This document shows, one piece after another, positions 22,045 to 34,214 of a DNA stretch of 34,214 bases. The notes below the pieces were generated by a model, which searched no databases, had not been told where the DNA came from, and saw only the letters and a list, made by a program, of their open reading frames with translations. How positions within the stretch are numbered: the stretch's first letter is position 1; each line of letters begins with the position of its first letter. The stretch is from Macrostomum lignano (taxonomy: Eukaryota): NCBI GenBank assembly GCA_002269645.1, contig NIVC01004820.1:1-34214 (forward strand). The letters run 5' to 3'. The translations under genes and the position numbers were made by a program.

Positions 22045-24123
22045 CTATCTAGTCTCCAAATGGAGCTGCAGCATCCTGATCAGCTGCTGATCGCACAGGT
22101 AAACAGTGATCCAGTTGCTGTCCGACTGCGCAACGCACATAGCCCGCAGGTCAACTTCGCATGGGGCACCGTCCGCTGACTCCGCGGCCTCGATGGTCTG
22201 CAGCTTGCTGGTGTTGGCATCAAACAACTCCACGAGATCCTTCGTGTTGACGAGGAAGTTTCCGCCGGGAAGGTGGACAATGTCTCTGTAGTTCCGGCCA
22301 GCAGCCTTGATAGTGTGCGCCGGCTGCATGGTATCCAGACAGTAGAACCGGATGCCGCCGCTGATCACGACCAGCAGCCACTCCTTCCAAGCTGACAAGG
22401 ACAGCGGAGGCGACCCGCTGCAGTCGATGCGCCTTCGATACTCGCAGGCGGAGTTGTAGTCGACTATGTACACCGAGCAGCCTACCTTGTCGCAGGCGAA
22501 GATCCTGCTGTCATCGGCGTGGATGCCGCTTAGGCGTTTGGCGTCTTCAATCTTGTAGACCTTGTGATAGGCCTGGCCGTGGAAGTCGCAGACGAATACG
22601 TGGCGATAATATTGCTCGCTGAGGTCGTCCGTCATCGCAATCAACTTTTTGGGAGCCAATACTGCCAGGCGGCGCGGCTGAAAATTGCAAATCAGCTGAC
22701 CGTTGCGACGAAACTGTAGCGGCACAAATTTGCTCTCCATTCTTGGCCCGCTGTAGGCGAGCAGCGACGTGTTCCCATTCGCTGCGCTTTCCTCGATCAC
22801 GAAGAGGATTAGCGGCTCGCCAGGAACACTGTAGCAGCCGACGTCCAGTGGCTTCCCGGCGGTGGCCAACTCGGATCTATCGATGCACTTCGGCGAATGA
22901 AGGGAAACGTACAAGCAGCTCTCCTGTCGCATCAGTCGCGAGTTCGCTCCTGGATCGTGTACCGGTCTTGATCTCGGTTTCGGAGCTGGAGCTTGTGCTT
23001 GAGCTGGAGCTGGAGCTGCTGGTGAAGCTGTAGCTGCTAGTGGAGCTGGAGCTAGAGCCGGTGTTGAAGTTAGAATTGGCCCTGCTGGTGGAGCTGGAGC
23101 TGCTGGTGGAGCTGGAGCTGCTGGTGAAGCTGGAGCTGCTGGTGGAGCTGGAGCTGCTGGTGAAGCTGGAGCTGCTGGTGGAGCTGGAGCTGCTGGTGGA
23201 GCTGGAGCTAGAGCTGCTGGTGAAGCTGGAGCTGCTGGTGGAGCTGGAGCTGCTGATGAAGCTGGAGCTGGTGATCGAGGTGGAGATGCCGCTGGAGCTG
23301 GATCTGGAGCAATTTGAAGCTCCTTTAAATTTCGCAATGCGAACTCCAAGTTCTCTATCAGACTGTTCAAAAGTGCCGAGTTCAAATTGTTCTTAAATTT
23401 CGGTTGGCAGTCTGCTTCAATGGCTCGGAAAGCGCCAGAGTTCTGCATGTATTGCAAAGTGCGCTGGGCGTTCAGGACGCCCTCGTGATCGCGCACCTCC
23501 AGAGCAGTCTTCATCTGGTCGAGAATCTTGTTCGCTTCTTCCAGGGCCTTCTCCCCGAGCTGCCGGTGGCGCCTCTGGTGGTTCTCGTAGGTCACAATCG
23601 GTCTTTTGATTTCCTCTTCTAATCTTTTGAAATCATCGGATAGGCTAACCAGCACCGCTTCTGCGAGGTCCTGGTAGGCCCTGAACTGCTGCTCATCCGC
23701 ACGGGGGGCCTCCCTGTTCTCCATCAGTTGCTCAGCGCGCCGCTTATATTCCCGTAGGGTTCGGATATCCAGCTCGCCGCTGTCCAGCACTTTCTCTCTG
23801 TGTTGGCGAACGTGCTCCGGGCACAGGTGCAGGTTGCAGTGGTGGCATCGTTTCGTGCTGCCTCGGTACTCGCAGCCGTCAGTCTGATCCTGATCCTCGC
23901 ACTGCCGGAACTCCAGGCTCATTTCTAAGTTCACTTCAGCGAATGACTCCGGCCTGCTGTGGATGCTGTCTGAGTCCGAGCACAGCTGGCAGGCTGGGTG
24001 CTCCTCAACTGAGGTGCACTGGCCGCAGACTTGGTGGCCGCAGCGGAGGCTCTTCATTCTCGACAGCGGTACCTGTTGATTGCATGAGGAGCATCTCAGG
24101 GCATTGGGAAGCGCTTCGGCCAT
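22045..24123 (-). CDS. TRIM-like E3 ligase: RING (C3HC4), B-box-like, coiled coil, Ala/Pro linker, probable NHL-like beta-propeller; 692 aa, single coding exon
   Basis: CSSC-x13-CGHQVCGQC-x8-CQLC is a C3HC4 RING, and CHHCNLHLCPEHVRQH is B-box-like. A helical E/K/Q-rich segment follows. The C-terminal beta-rich blade-like repeats (PLDVGC, PRRLAV, LSGIHADDSRIFACD, PLSLSA, YRDIVHLPGGNFLV, LRAMCVA) suggest a propeller, which is inference. Confidence 0.8.
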   Translation of the reverse strand: MAEALPNALRCSSCNQQVPLSRMKSLRCGHQVCGQCTSVEEHPACQLCSDSDSIHSRPESFAEVNLEMSLEFRQCEDQDQTDGCEYRGSTKRCHHCNLHLCPEHVRQHREKVLDSGELDIRTLREYKRRAEQLMENREAPRADEQQFRAYQDLAEAVLVSLSDDFKRLEEEIKRPIVTYENHQRRHRQLGEKALEEANKILDQMKTALEVRDHEGVLNAQRTLQYMQNSGAFRAIEADCQPKFKNNLNSALLNSLIENLEFALRNLKELQIAPDPAPAASPPRSPAPASSAAPAPPAAPASPAALAPAPPAAPAPPAAPASPAAPAPPAAPASPAAPAPPAAPAPPAGPILTSTPALAPAPLAATASPAAPAPAQAQAPAPKPRSRPVHDPGANSRLMRQESCLYVSLHSPKCIDRSELATAGKPLDVGCYSVPGEPLILFVIEESAANGNTSLLAYSGPRMESKFVPLQFRRNGQLICNFQPRRLAVLAPKKLIAMTDDLSEQYYRHVFVCDFHGQAYHKVYKIEDAKRLSGIHADDSRIFACDKVGCSVYIVDYNSACEYRRRIDCSGSPPLSLSAWKEWLLVVISGGIRFYCLDTMQPAHTIKAAGRNYRDIVHLPGGNFLVNTKDLVELFDANTSKLQTIEAAESADGAPCEVDLRAMCVAQSDSNWITVYLCDQQLIRMLQLHLETR
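22985..23300. repeat. Coding 9/18-bp minisatellite encoding the (PAAPAP/PAAPAS)n linker of the TRIM-like protein
   Basis: GCTGGAGCTGCTGGTG(G/A)A units on + strand. The ORF stays in frame through them. Confidence 0.85.
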
Positions 24124-26113
24124 TAGTTTGGCTGCAATCGCTATGTTGAATATTTACTCGTGTAATTTTAATTACTGCTTGGCTAACAATTATAACAAAC
24201 TTGTTGTGAGGCCAAAGCAAGTTTCGGTAGCAATTGTATGTTATCTGCTTGGTGCACTTAAAGACTAAAAGCTTATAGACATGCAGCGCCTTCCTAAACC
24301 GAAGCGGATCTTTCTATTTCTCTACCAATAAGATTTAAGATTCTCTCCTATCTTCTCTCCTAGCTATCTCACACTCAAGCCCATTCTATTGAGTACATAT
24401 ATACAGTAAAAATCTCACTGTCCCATCCACTCTTCTACACTCTTTACTAATTTGCTGTGCACAACAGGGGTGCACTGCAATTATACGTAGGGGTGCACAA
24501 TTATATGTACTGATAAAGCTTGGCCTCTTTCTTTTCAACCAAATTTACGCGTTTCGACGCTGCACAAAACAACCTTGTTGCTATTCAATTAGTGCATTTA
24601 CAATACATAGCTTATTATCTTGTAGGGTTTCAGCACTTTTAGGTCGATATATACACGTCTTATGACTTGAAACGAAGGCTGATTCGAGTGACTGCTTGCA
24701 CCTGTCTGCCTGTCTGCAATGCCTGCCTGCTTCTACTTCCCTCCCACTTCGGTCTTTAAATAGCTCTGCTACATGCTCTGCCAGTATCAGCTGCTTATTA
24801 CTATACTCTCAAATGCTTTAAAATCTTGGATTTATCCTGGACTATTTGTGGATAAGTTTTACATTTATCTTGGACTCCTGGATTAAAAAATCTGTAAATT
24901 TATTAAGATAGTAGGAAGATAGTAGCTGCACACACTGTAGCTACATGTTATACATGCATGTACATTTAGTTTGTGCCGTAATTTTTAACGTTTACAAATC
25001 AATGTAGAACTAAACTATTTTAAGTACCTCTCGTATACGGAAACTAAATATTGGCCAAATTTATTAGATATAGAAATCCTATCATTTTATCTGCCAAGAT
25101 TTTAAATAATTCGACAGCTACATGCGTATAATATAAACGGACTAAGACTAATTCGGTTTTTATTTATGTCATCCTTGATTGACACATATATACATTATTC
25201 TGAATAGCATGCACTATAGTACACCAGCCCTGTTTTGGGGCTTGAACCCAGTCTTGGTCTACATGTAGGTTAAATACGAAATTCGCATTGCTGCTGTACT
25301 CATTCATTGTTGCGAGCGTTAGATTGACACTTATACCGCGGATTTAGAAAAATATAACAACAAAAGGTTTAAGTATAAATTTTAAATAATGTATACCTCT
25401 ACTTTCTGTTGAGTATCAGAGTATGAGTAAAAAAAGTTGAACATGAGACACTCAAAAGTAACAACGCAAGACATATTTTTAAAAACTGCCCTAATTCAGT
25501 TTCCTTTCTTTGTGAACTTTAAATATGACATACGCGTGAGGCGTGACCGTGAGCACTTATGCTAACAGTTAGTTTATACTGCTTGAAACAGTTTTTTAGA
25601 GGTTTGGATAATATAGTCTCTTGAGCCATAAGGAGCCCCCAACCTTGATTCAGAGTATTTCCGAATCAATTGCAGTTGCATTTTACGTGTTGGTTTCCAG
25701 ACAGTGAGACAGGCGACAGACATCCATTCAAAACATTAAAAAGTCGTCACCCTTTGACAGTGCAGGTGAACTCAAACTCTAGTTTAATTTTGGGAAAAAG
25801 GTAGTCAAATTCAAAGATGCTCATATCCTGAATCTTCCTGATTTATTTTTAGTTTTTACAGTTTCGATGAATGAAACCTTGGGCTTGTTATTTGCATATA
25901 GATGATATAGATCAAAGAGCTTAAGTCAAGACTAAGAATTCAAAGATTATATCCACCTTGAGGTGTGAATAAATTAGCTGTTTCTTTTGTTTTTTCTTTT
26001 AAATGCATTTTATAATACAGATAATAAATAGACATGTTGTATTTATAAAGTATATTTTGTCAGTTTCTTTTCACTTTTCCTTAAGCCTATTTCAATTAAA
26101 GGAAAGATCCCAG

Positions 26114-26650
26114 TGTGACAATTATTTGGTGGCCTTGAAAGTAATTAACTAAGGCAAACAACATGGCAGAGGCAAATTTTGTAGCAGTAGCACCTAGCAC
26201 TTGATGATAGTAACAATTGATGCAAGCAATAGCCGCAGCCTTTGTTTATTTTAACTATATGAGAGGATAGTTAGGCTTGCTATTATCAATTCTGTCTGGG
26301 TGGTCAATAGAGATAGGTCAGAGTACTTGCTGAATCCATAAGAAATGCACTGGGCAGCTATGCAACAATGATAGATGGTAGACAATAGAGTATGTTGATG
26401 AGCCTGAGGCAATGGTGACAATGTAATGGCAGTGAACATGTGGTGGCAGTGCTTGTAGTAAAAGCTCATATAGACAGTAGAGGTGGCATGACTGAGACTT
26501 GGCAGAGGCGTGGTTTAGAACTGTGGCAGAGCAAGGTGGAAAGAGAAGGCAAGCAAACAAGGAGTGCCGGGGTAGCAAAGGTCTAAGGGGTCTAAGGCAG
26601 GATTAACCCCAAGCGCCCTAGCCAGACAAGACCGATAAAGAGCATGTGTA
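26114..26650. repeat. Dispersed direct repeat, copy 2 (no Harbinger; CpG-depleted)
   Basis: Colinear with 17788-18243 plus 21222-21350. The empty site reads aagcaaacaa-GGA-gtgccg. Confidence 0.88.
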
Positions 26651-27177
26651 CATGTGTAATTGACTATTATAAGTAAATAATTACTTTTAAAAAATAAATC
26701 TATTCTATCTACCTTTCTAGAAATTTTCATATAAACAATATTCTATATTAAACATTTGAAATCCTATGCATGCTTCCCAAATATTCTTGATCTTTCTATG
26801 AAATTGTCTATAAATAAAAGCACCTGACATTGTATTTACTCAAGCCTGACTTTTCAATACAGAAAACTGTTCAACAAAAACATGAACCCAAGAACCATTG
26901 CCTATATGCCTCTTATTCATTTGAACTTGCTACAGATCTATATAATCATAAAGCATGTTGCTGCATATAAAGCCTATCACAAATGCTAGGAATAAATAAT
27001 AAAACAGACAGAAGCTGCAAAATTAGAATTCAAACTTATTCAATAATTATTAGTTAAAAAATAATGAACAAAATGTCAATTAAATGCCCAATTACTTGAA
27101 CAACTTTTATTTATTGAAACCTGCAGTCGCAGGCAGCAGCCAGCCAAGTGGCTGCCTCAGAGGAGGATGGCCTGACA

Positions 27178-27638
27178 ATGGCCTCATTGAAGGCCGCCTC
27201 TCGGCTCCACCGTCACGTGACAAACAGCGGCGACTCTACGCTATCAACCTCGCCAACGCAGCCGCCTCCAGCCTTGCCGCCACAGGCATCTCTACACCGC
27301 AGTCGGCAGCAGCAGCCGCAGGCGGCGCCAGGTGCCAGAGCAACTTCTCCAGCGCCGCAAAAGCAGGCCACAATTCACTGCGAGCGCGACCTGCCGCTGT
27401 CCATCGACTGGCGCCAGTTCGATCTGGATGGCGCCCAGCTGCTCGGCGAGGGCGCCTTCGCCTACGCCTACAAGGTGCACCACCGCGGCCTCGGCAAGGC
27501 CTTTGTGCTCAAAAGTTTGAAGCGCACCGGAGACGGGGAGTTTAGCCAGGAATTGTGCAACTTCCGCAAAGAGGTGACCACCATGCAGCAGCTGGAGCAC
27601 CGGAATGTGCTGCGGTTTTATGGCCTGCTGTACACCAA
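27178..27638 (+). CDS. TESK/LIMK-type TKL protein kinase, exon 1 (subdomains I-IV)
   Basis: First ATG is 27178 (the track start at 27148 is GTG), and the frame is open from an acceptor at 27126. Motifs are LGEGAFA (Gly loop), FVLK (catalytic Lys) and FRKEV..MQQLEHRNVLRFYG. Donor GTGAGT at 27639, phase 2. Confidence 0.85.
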
Positions 27639-27712
27639 GTGAGTCAGGGAAAAATGGTGGCCAAAGGAGCAAAGCAGTTGACGCGCCGGACTCTCCGCCT
27701 CGCTATTTCCAG

Positions 27713-27829
27713 GAAACTGGGCCTCACCATCGTCACAGAGCTGGCCGAGCGGGGCAGCCTGCACGCCCTGCTGCACAAGCGGCCGGACGAGCGGTGTCCG
27801 GCCTGCGCCGCGTCCTGATGGCCAAGCAG
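27713..27829 (+). CDS. TESK/LIMK-type kinase, exon 2 (hinge; 1-bp frameshift near 27794)
   Basis: Acceptor tatttccAG at 27712. It reads LTIVTELAERGSLHALL, and one inserted base gives ..SGLRRVLMAKQ to the donor GT at 27830, joining VASGVAYLH. Confidence 0.8.
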
Positions 27830-28125
27830 GTCTGCAGCAGTTTTAATCGTTCTTCGTTTGTGTTCTTTGTTTAGCACTTTTTAGTTAGAGACAGGAGCCC
27901 GTGTGCATCCTGGCGCACTTTAAGCGACATTGTCACACAACCGGCGAGAGGCATTACTGCCCATTCCACCCGAGTCCCCTGAGCAGGCACACAAGCGCGC
28001 GATACGTAATCAATCATACGCTGCAGACTTCACTGTGCCTTGGAGATCGGCTTCAATGGAGTCAATTGCACGAGCAGACCTAAGCCGAGATTCAAATTTA
28101 GCCGCAAATTAATGTGACTGCACTT

Positions 28126-28167
28126 GGAATCGAGCCTGGGCCGCTGGCACATCAAACCACTGGGCTA
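28126..28167 (-). mobile_element. Possible tRNA-derived SINE head (Pol III A and B boxes)
   Basis: On the minus strand the A box is TAGCCCAGTGG (28167-28157) and the B box is GGCTCGATTCC (28136-28126). They are only 20 nt apart, too close for a true tRNA. Removing the MITE restores the 5' end GGGCCGTAGCCCAGTGG. Confidence 0.45.
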
Positions 28168-28171
28168 CGGC

Positions 28172-28475
28172 CATGGAGGAAAGAATAGAATGGAGTGCTA
28201 ATCTGAGCCAGTTATTTTTATCTCGCTCGATTTTCGCTTTTAACATCCCTTTCCCCCCGTTCCTTCCTATTGGCTGAAAGCATATTTTGATGCGAGCTCA
28301 TACTATGCTGGGACAGACCTTTCAGAGGGGAACGAAAACGAGACGAAAAATACTTGTCTATGGCAGTCACGAGCCAATAGGAAAGAACAGGGGGAAAGGG
28401 ATGTTAAAAGTTAAGATCGAGCGAGATAAAAATAACTGGCTCAGATTGGCACTCCATTCTATTCTTTCCTCCATG
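28172..28475. mobile_element. MITE, 304 bp, 103-bp TIRs, 8-bp TSD GCTACGGC (hAT- or P-superfamily type)
   Basis: 28172-28274 is the reverse complement of 28373-28475 with about 6 mismatches. The termini are CATGGAGG...CCTCCATG. The TSD is at 28164-28171 and 28476-28483. Confidence 0.92.
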
Positions 28476-28923
28476 GCTACGGCCCGCTCTAGTTGAAAAT
28501 TTTTGCAATTTGACAGAGAGGCAATTGTTGAGTCAGGAGCGCATCACGTGGGTCGTAAAATTGTAAAAAAATAGTCGTAAAAAGTCGTCCAAGAGTTGTT
28601 GTGCTAGCGCTTAACTCTCTACTAACTCAAGTAGACTGAATAGAGTTGTTAGTTATAAATGCGAGATACGATTCTAATGCAAAGTGGCGCAGATATGCAC
28701 TTTAGACGCAACTCCGTGATTTTACAGCGACTCCAGCACGCCTCAGCTGCATGCTCTATAGAGGACTTTTTAGCGACTTTTACTGTGAAACCTCATCGTT
28801 TGAAAGTCACATACGCTCGTGGAGCCACTTCTTTCCTCACCGTTTTCATCGGGTTCGGAAGTAGCAGACTGAAAGCTTCTCATCTCAATGATGTAATTCG
28901 GTTGGAAATGGCTGAAATTCCAG

Positions 28924-29432
28924 GTGGCCAGCGGAGTTGCCTACCTGCACAGCCGCAGCATCGCGCACCGGGACCTCACCTCTAGCAACTGCTTCCTGCG
29001 CGCCGACTGCACTGTGCTGGTTGGCGATTTTGGCCTGGCAGCGGCCGCCGCCGCCCCAAACGGCCTGGCCGCAGTCGGCTGCGTCGGCAGCTTCCTGTAC
29101 GCCAGCCCGGAGATGTTCCTCGGTCGGCCGTACGGCGTTGCCACCGACGCTTATTCCTTCGGCGTCCTGCTGTGCGAGCTGGCGCTCCGCCTGCCGCCCG
29201 AGCCCGACCGGCTGCCCCGCCTCGCCGATTCGCGTCTCGCTTTCGCCGTTGACGTTGACGAGTTTCGCCGCCTGGCCGTCCAGCTGGCGCCTCCGGACTG
29301 GCCGGCCGGCGCGGTCCAACTGGCCGTCGAGTGTGTCAACCCGAGCCTGACCGGCGGCCAAGCCTCGCCGACGCAGCCAGGCGGCTGGACGCCTGCACTT
29401 TGCCGTCAGCGGTCGGCCGCGTGGTGCTCTGA
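28924..29432 (+). CDS. TESK/LIMK-type kinase, exon 3 (subdomains VI-XI; 1-bp frameshift near 29355)
   Basis: Acceptor ttccAG at 28923. Motifs are YLHSRSIAHRDLTSSNCFL, DFGLA, VGS..ASPE, DAYSFGVLLCEL and RLPPEPDRLPR (compare TESK/LIMK ADPDYLPR). One added C gives RPSLADAARRLD...VVL*, the subdomain XI RPS motif, with stop TGA 29430-29432. Confidence 0.85.
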
Positions 29433-29722
29433 GTCCCAGAATCCAAATCCCAAGTCCCAGAATCCAAATCCCAAGTCCCAGAATCCAAATCCCAAGATCC
29501 AGAATCCAAACCCGAAGTCCCAGAATCCAAATCCCAAGTCCCAGAATCCAAATCCCAAGATCCAGAATCCGAATCCCCAAGTCCCAGAATCCAAATCCCA
29601 AGTCCCAGAATTCAAATCCCAAATCCCAGAATCCAAATCCAAGTCCCAGAATCCAAATCCCAAGTCCCAGAATCCAAATCCCAAGTCCCAGAATCCAAAT
29701 CTCAAGTCCCAGAATCCGAAGT
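29433..29722. repeat. 21-bp minisatellite (AATCCAAATCCCAAGTCCCAG) starting at the kinase stop codon
   Basis: About 14 visible tandem units. Confidence 0.93.
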
Positions 29723-30055
29723 TTCAAAGTCAGTTCGTGACTCTAAATTATCCTGTAGCTCTCCATTCTGGCCAGCAATGAAAATTGTTTTGTAGAAACC
29801 GTACTTAACTGTGTAGTACTGTAGTTCCGCTTTTAAAATGCACTTCTGCCCGCCCTAGTCTCCTTGCTCTCCGCACTTGAGCCAAAATTGTATTTTTATT
29901 TAATGACTGTCTTGTGTGTTCTATGCACTGACTTGCGTTGTTATACATGTATATGCGTTGTATCGTGTCTATTGTTCTTGTTTCGTTAGGTTACAGTTTT
30001 TCTTGGCTTCCAACATCTTTCAGTTGGCCAAGCTCAAAGCTGATTGTCAGGCTCG

Positions 30056-30520
30056 GCCACCGCCGCCAGCCCTCCCAGATCCTCAGTTGTTGGACCACCG
30101 CCAGTCTCCCAGATCCTCAGTTGTTGGACCACCGCCAGCTCCCAGATCCTCAGTTGTTGGACCACCTCCAGTCTCCAAGATCCTCAGTTGCTGGACCACC
30201 TCCAGTCTCCCAAGATCCTCGGTTGTTGGGCCACCTCCAGTCTCCCAGATCCTCAGTTGTTGGACCACCGCCAGTCTGCCAAGATCCTCAGTTGCTGGGC
30301 CAGCCTCCCAAAATCCTCAGTTGCTGGGCCAGGCCAGCCTCCCAAAATCCTCAGTTGCTGGGCCAGCCTCCCAAAATCCTCAGTTGCTGGCCAGCCTCCC
30401 AAGATCCTCAGTTGCTGGACCAGCCTCCCAAGATCCTCAGTTGCTGGACCAGCCTCCCAAGATCCTCAGTTGCTGGACCACCGCCAGCCTCCCAGATCCT
30501 CAGTTGCTGGGCCACTGCCA
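30056..30520. repeat. Minisatellite, ~29-34-bp unit with core CCCAAGATCCTCAGTTGCTGG
   Basis: Visible tandem repetition with variable spacers. Confidence 0.9.
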
Positions 30521-31236
30521 CCCTCCCAGCCCTCATCTGGTGCATGTAGCAAGCTCATTCCTTGTTGTGACAATTGAATTAACCATTGTTTTGGTGTAAG
30601 CTGCTTTATTTTAACGCTTGAATTGAACCTTCAGCCCACTTTTGCCTGCTGTGGATGGACACGGTCGGATCTCCCCTCCACTGTTGCTTTGGCTGCGGTG
30701 CTCAGCTCATCTTGAATTTCTATTTGTTGTGATTATTTTAAGATAGAAATGTTTATTTTTTACATAATTTTAGCTTGAATTCTTACCGTTTGCACATCAA
30801 AATTATACACGATAGTCGCATAAATTTGCTGATAACTTTTCTATATTTTCGCAGTTTTTAGCGCCTAAAAGAACATTTTTTGTACTTTTAAATACTTTAT
30901 TTTTTTATATCCTAAATAGCAAAAATTTGTGCGTTTTTCTACTTTAAGTAGGCTCAAAGCGTTTAATTAAATTTATTGTACTCAGGGATATTTTGGGGTC
31001 AGGCCGCTCAGCAGTGTAAATTGTAAGTCAGCTTGTTCAGATTTCCATAGCAGTCTTATCGTGCATTGAAAAAAACTTTACTAACGAAAGGAAAAAATTG
31101 TCTGCAAAATTTGAACTTGAAAAGCTGGTTCAAGTTAGCGGCGGAAAAACTACTTGGCTTGGCTTGATTTGAGTTAGTTATAAGTAGTATAGAAGCATTT
31201 TATAGCTTTAATTTGGTTTCGTACTGGTGCGCCTAC

Positions 31237-33930
<2,694 letters not shown>

Positions 33931-34055
33931 ATAAAATAATAAGTTTAGGGTTAAACAATAAAGAATCACCCTGTCGACCATGAGGGAATTTTTGAAATCC
34001 CTCAAGGTTGGGCGAACGATGAACACCCAGATGTGCGCCGCTTTGGGGGACTCAC

Positions 34056-34058
34056 CAT
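34056..34058 (-). CDS. TUBA: Alpha-tubulin exon 1: initiator ATG only
   Basis: The minus strand reads cagcagcagtcATG|GTGAGT, a perfect donor. A phase-0 intron directly after the start codon is the well-known layout of animal alpha-tubulin genes. Confidence 0.8.
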
Positions 34059-34214
34059 GACTGCTGCTGGTCGAGACGAGAGTGTTGAGAACAGTTTTAA
34101 ACTGCGGAATCCGTTGTTTTAGCTCACGGCAGTTGATGAATTTGCCTGTGGAAGCCGCCCAGCGGCGACAGATTAAGCAATTTATAGACCCCCCCACTGG
34201 CCACCTCTGCCCCG

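Noticed and set aside
28126-28171. A true tRNA gene
   Set aside because: The A-B box spacing of 20 nt is too short and I could not fold a cloverleaf. It is kept only as a possible SINE head.
28570-28782. Weak inverted similarity (agtcgtaaaaagtc vs gactttttagcgact) as a second MITE
   Set aside because: It is short and mismatched, with no TSD.
30024-30577. Extra Pro-rich kinase exon after the acceptor-like atctttcAG at 30023
   Set aside because: The kinase already terminates at 29432 after correction, all three frames are open because of the repeat, and no upstream donor fits.

Overview
This window is eukaryotic, animal-type genomic DNA with GT-AG introns and no prokaryotic features. GC-rich exons and minisatellite-packed introns resemble the flatworm Macrostomum, but that is an unverified inference. 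Five host genes can be reconstructed: a two-RRM RBMS/shep-like gene (+, 5 exons, 1494-8482), a divergent 14-3-3 (-, 4 exons, 17424-10613, two exons absent from the ORF track), a RING/B-box/coiled-coil/beta-propeller TRIM-like gene with an uninterrupted CDS (-, 24123-22045), a TESK/LIMK-type kinase (+, 3 exons, 27178-29432) and an alpha-tubulin (-, ATG exon at 34058, main exon 32586-31237). A complete 2978-bp PIF/Harbinger transposon (18244-21221) has 25-bp TIRs, a TGA TSD and divergent transposase and Myb/SANT genes. It sits inside one copy of a ~0.55-kb direct repeat whose second, empty copy (26114-~26650) has lost almost all its CpGs by transition. A 304-bp MITE with 103-bp TIRs and an 8-bp TSD lies in a kinase intron next to a tRNA-like A/B-box head. 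About a third of the window is tandem repeat, with a different unit in each array. These include a 5-kb array of ~160 TGAGTCA (AP-1) sites and an array of ~18 CCAAT boxes. About nine small frameshifts in otherwise well-conserved genes look like long-read assembly errors, so apparent pseudogene status should be treated cautiously.
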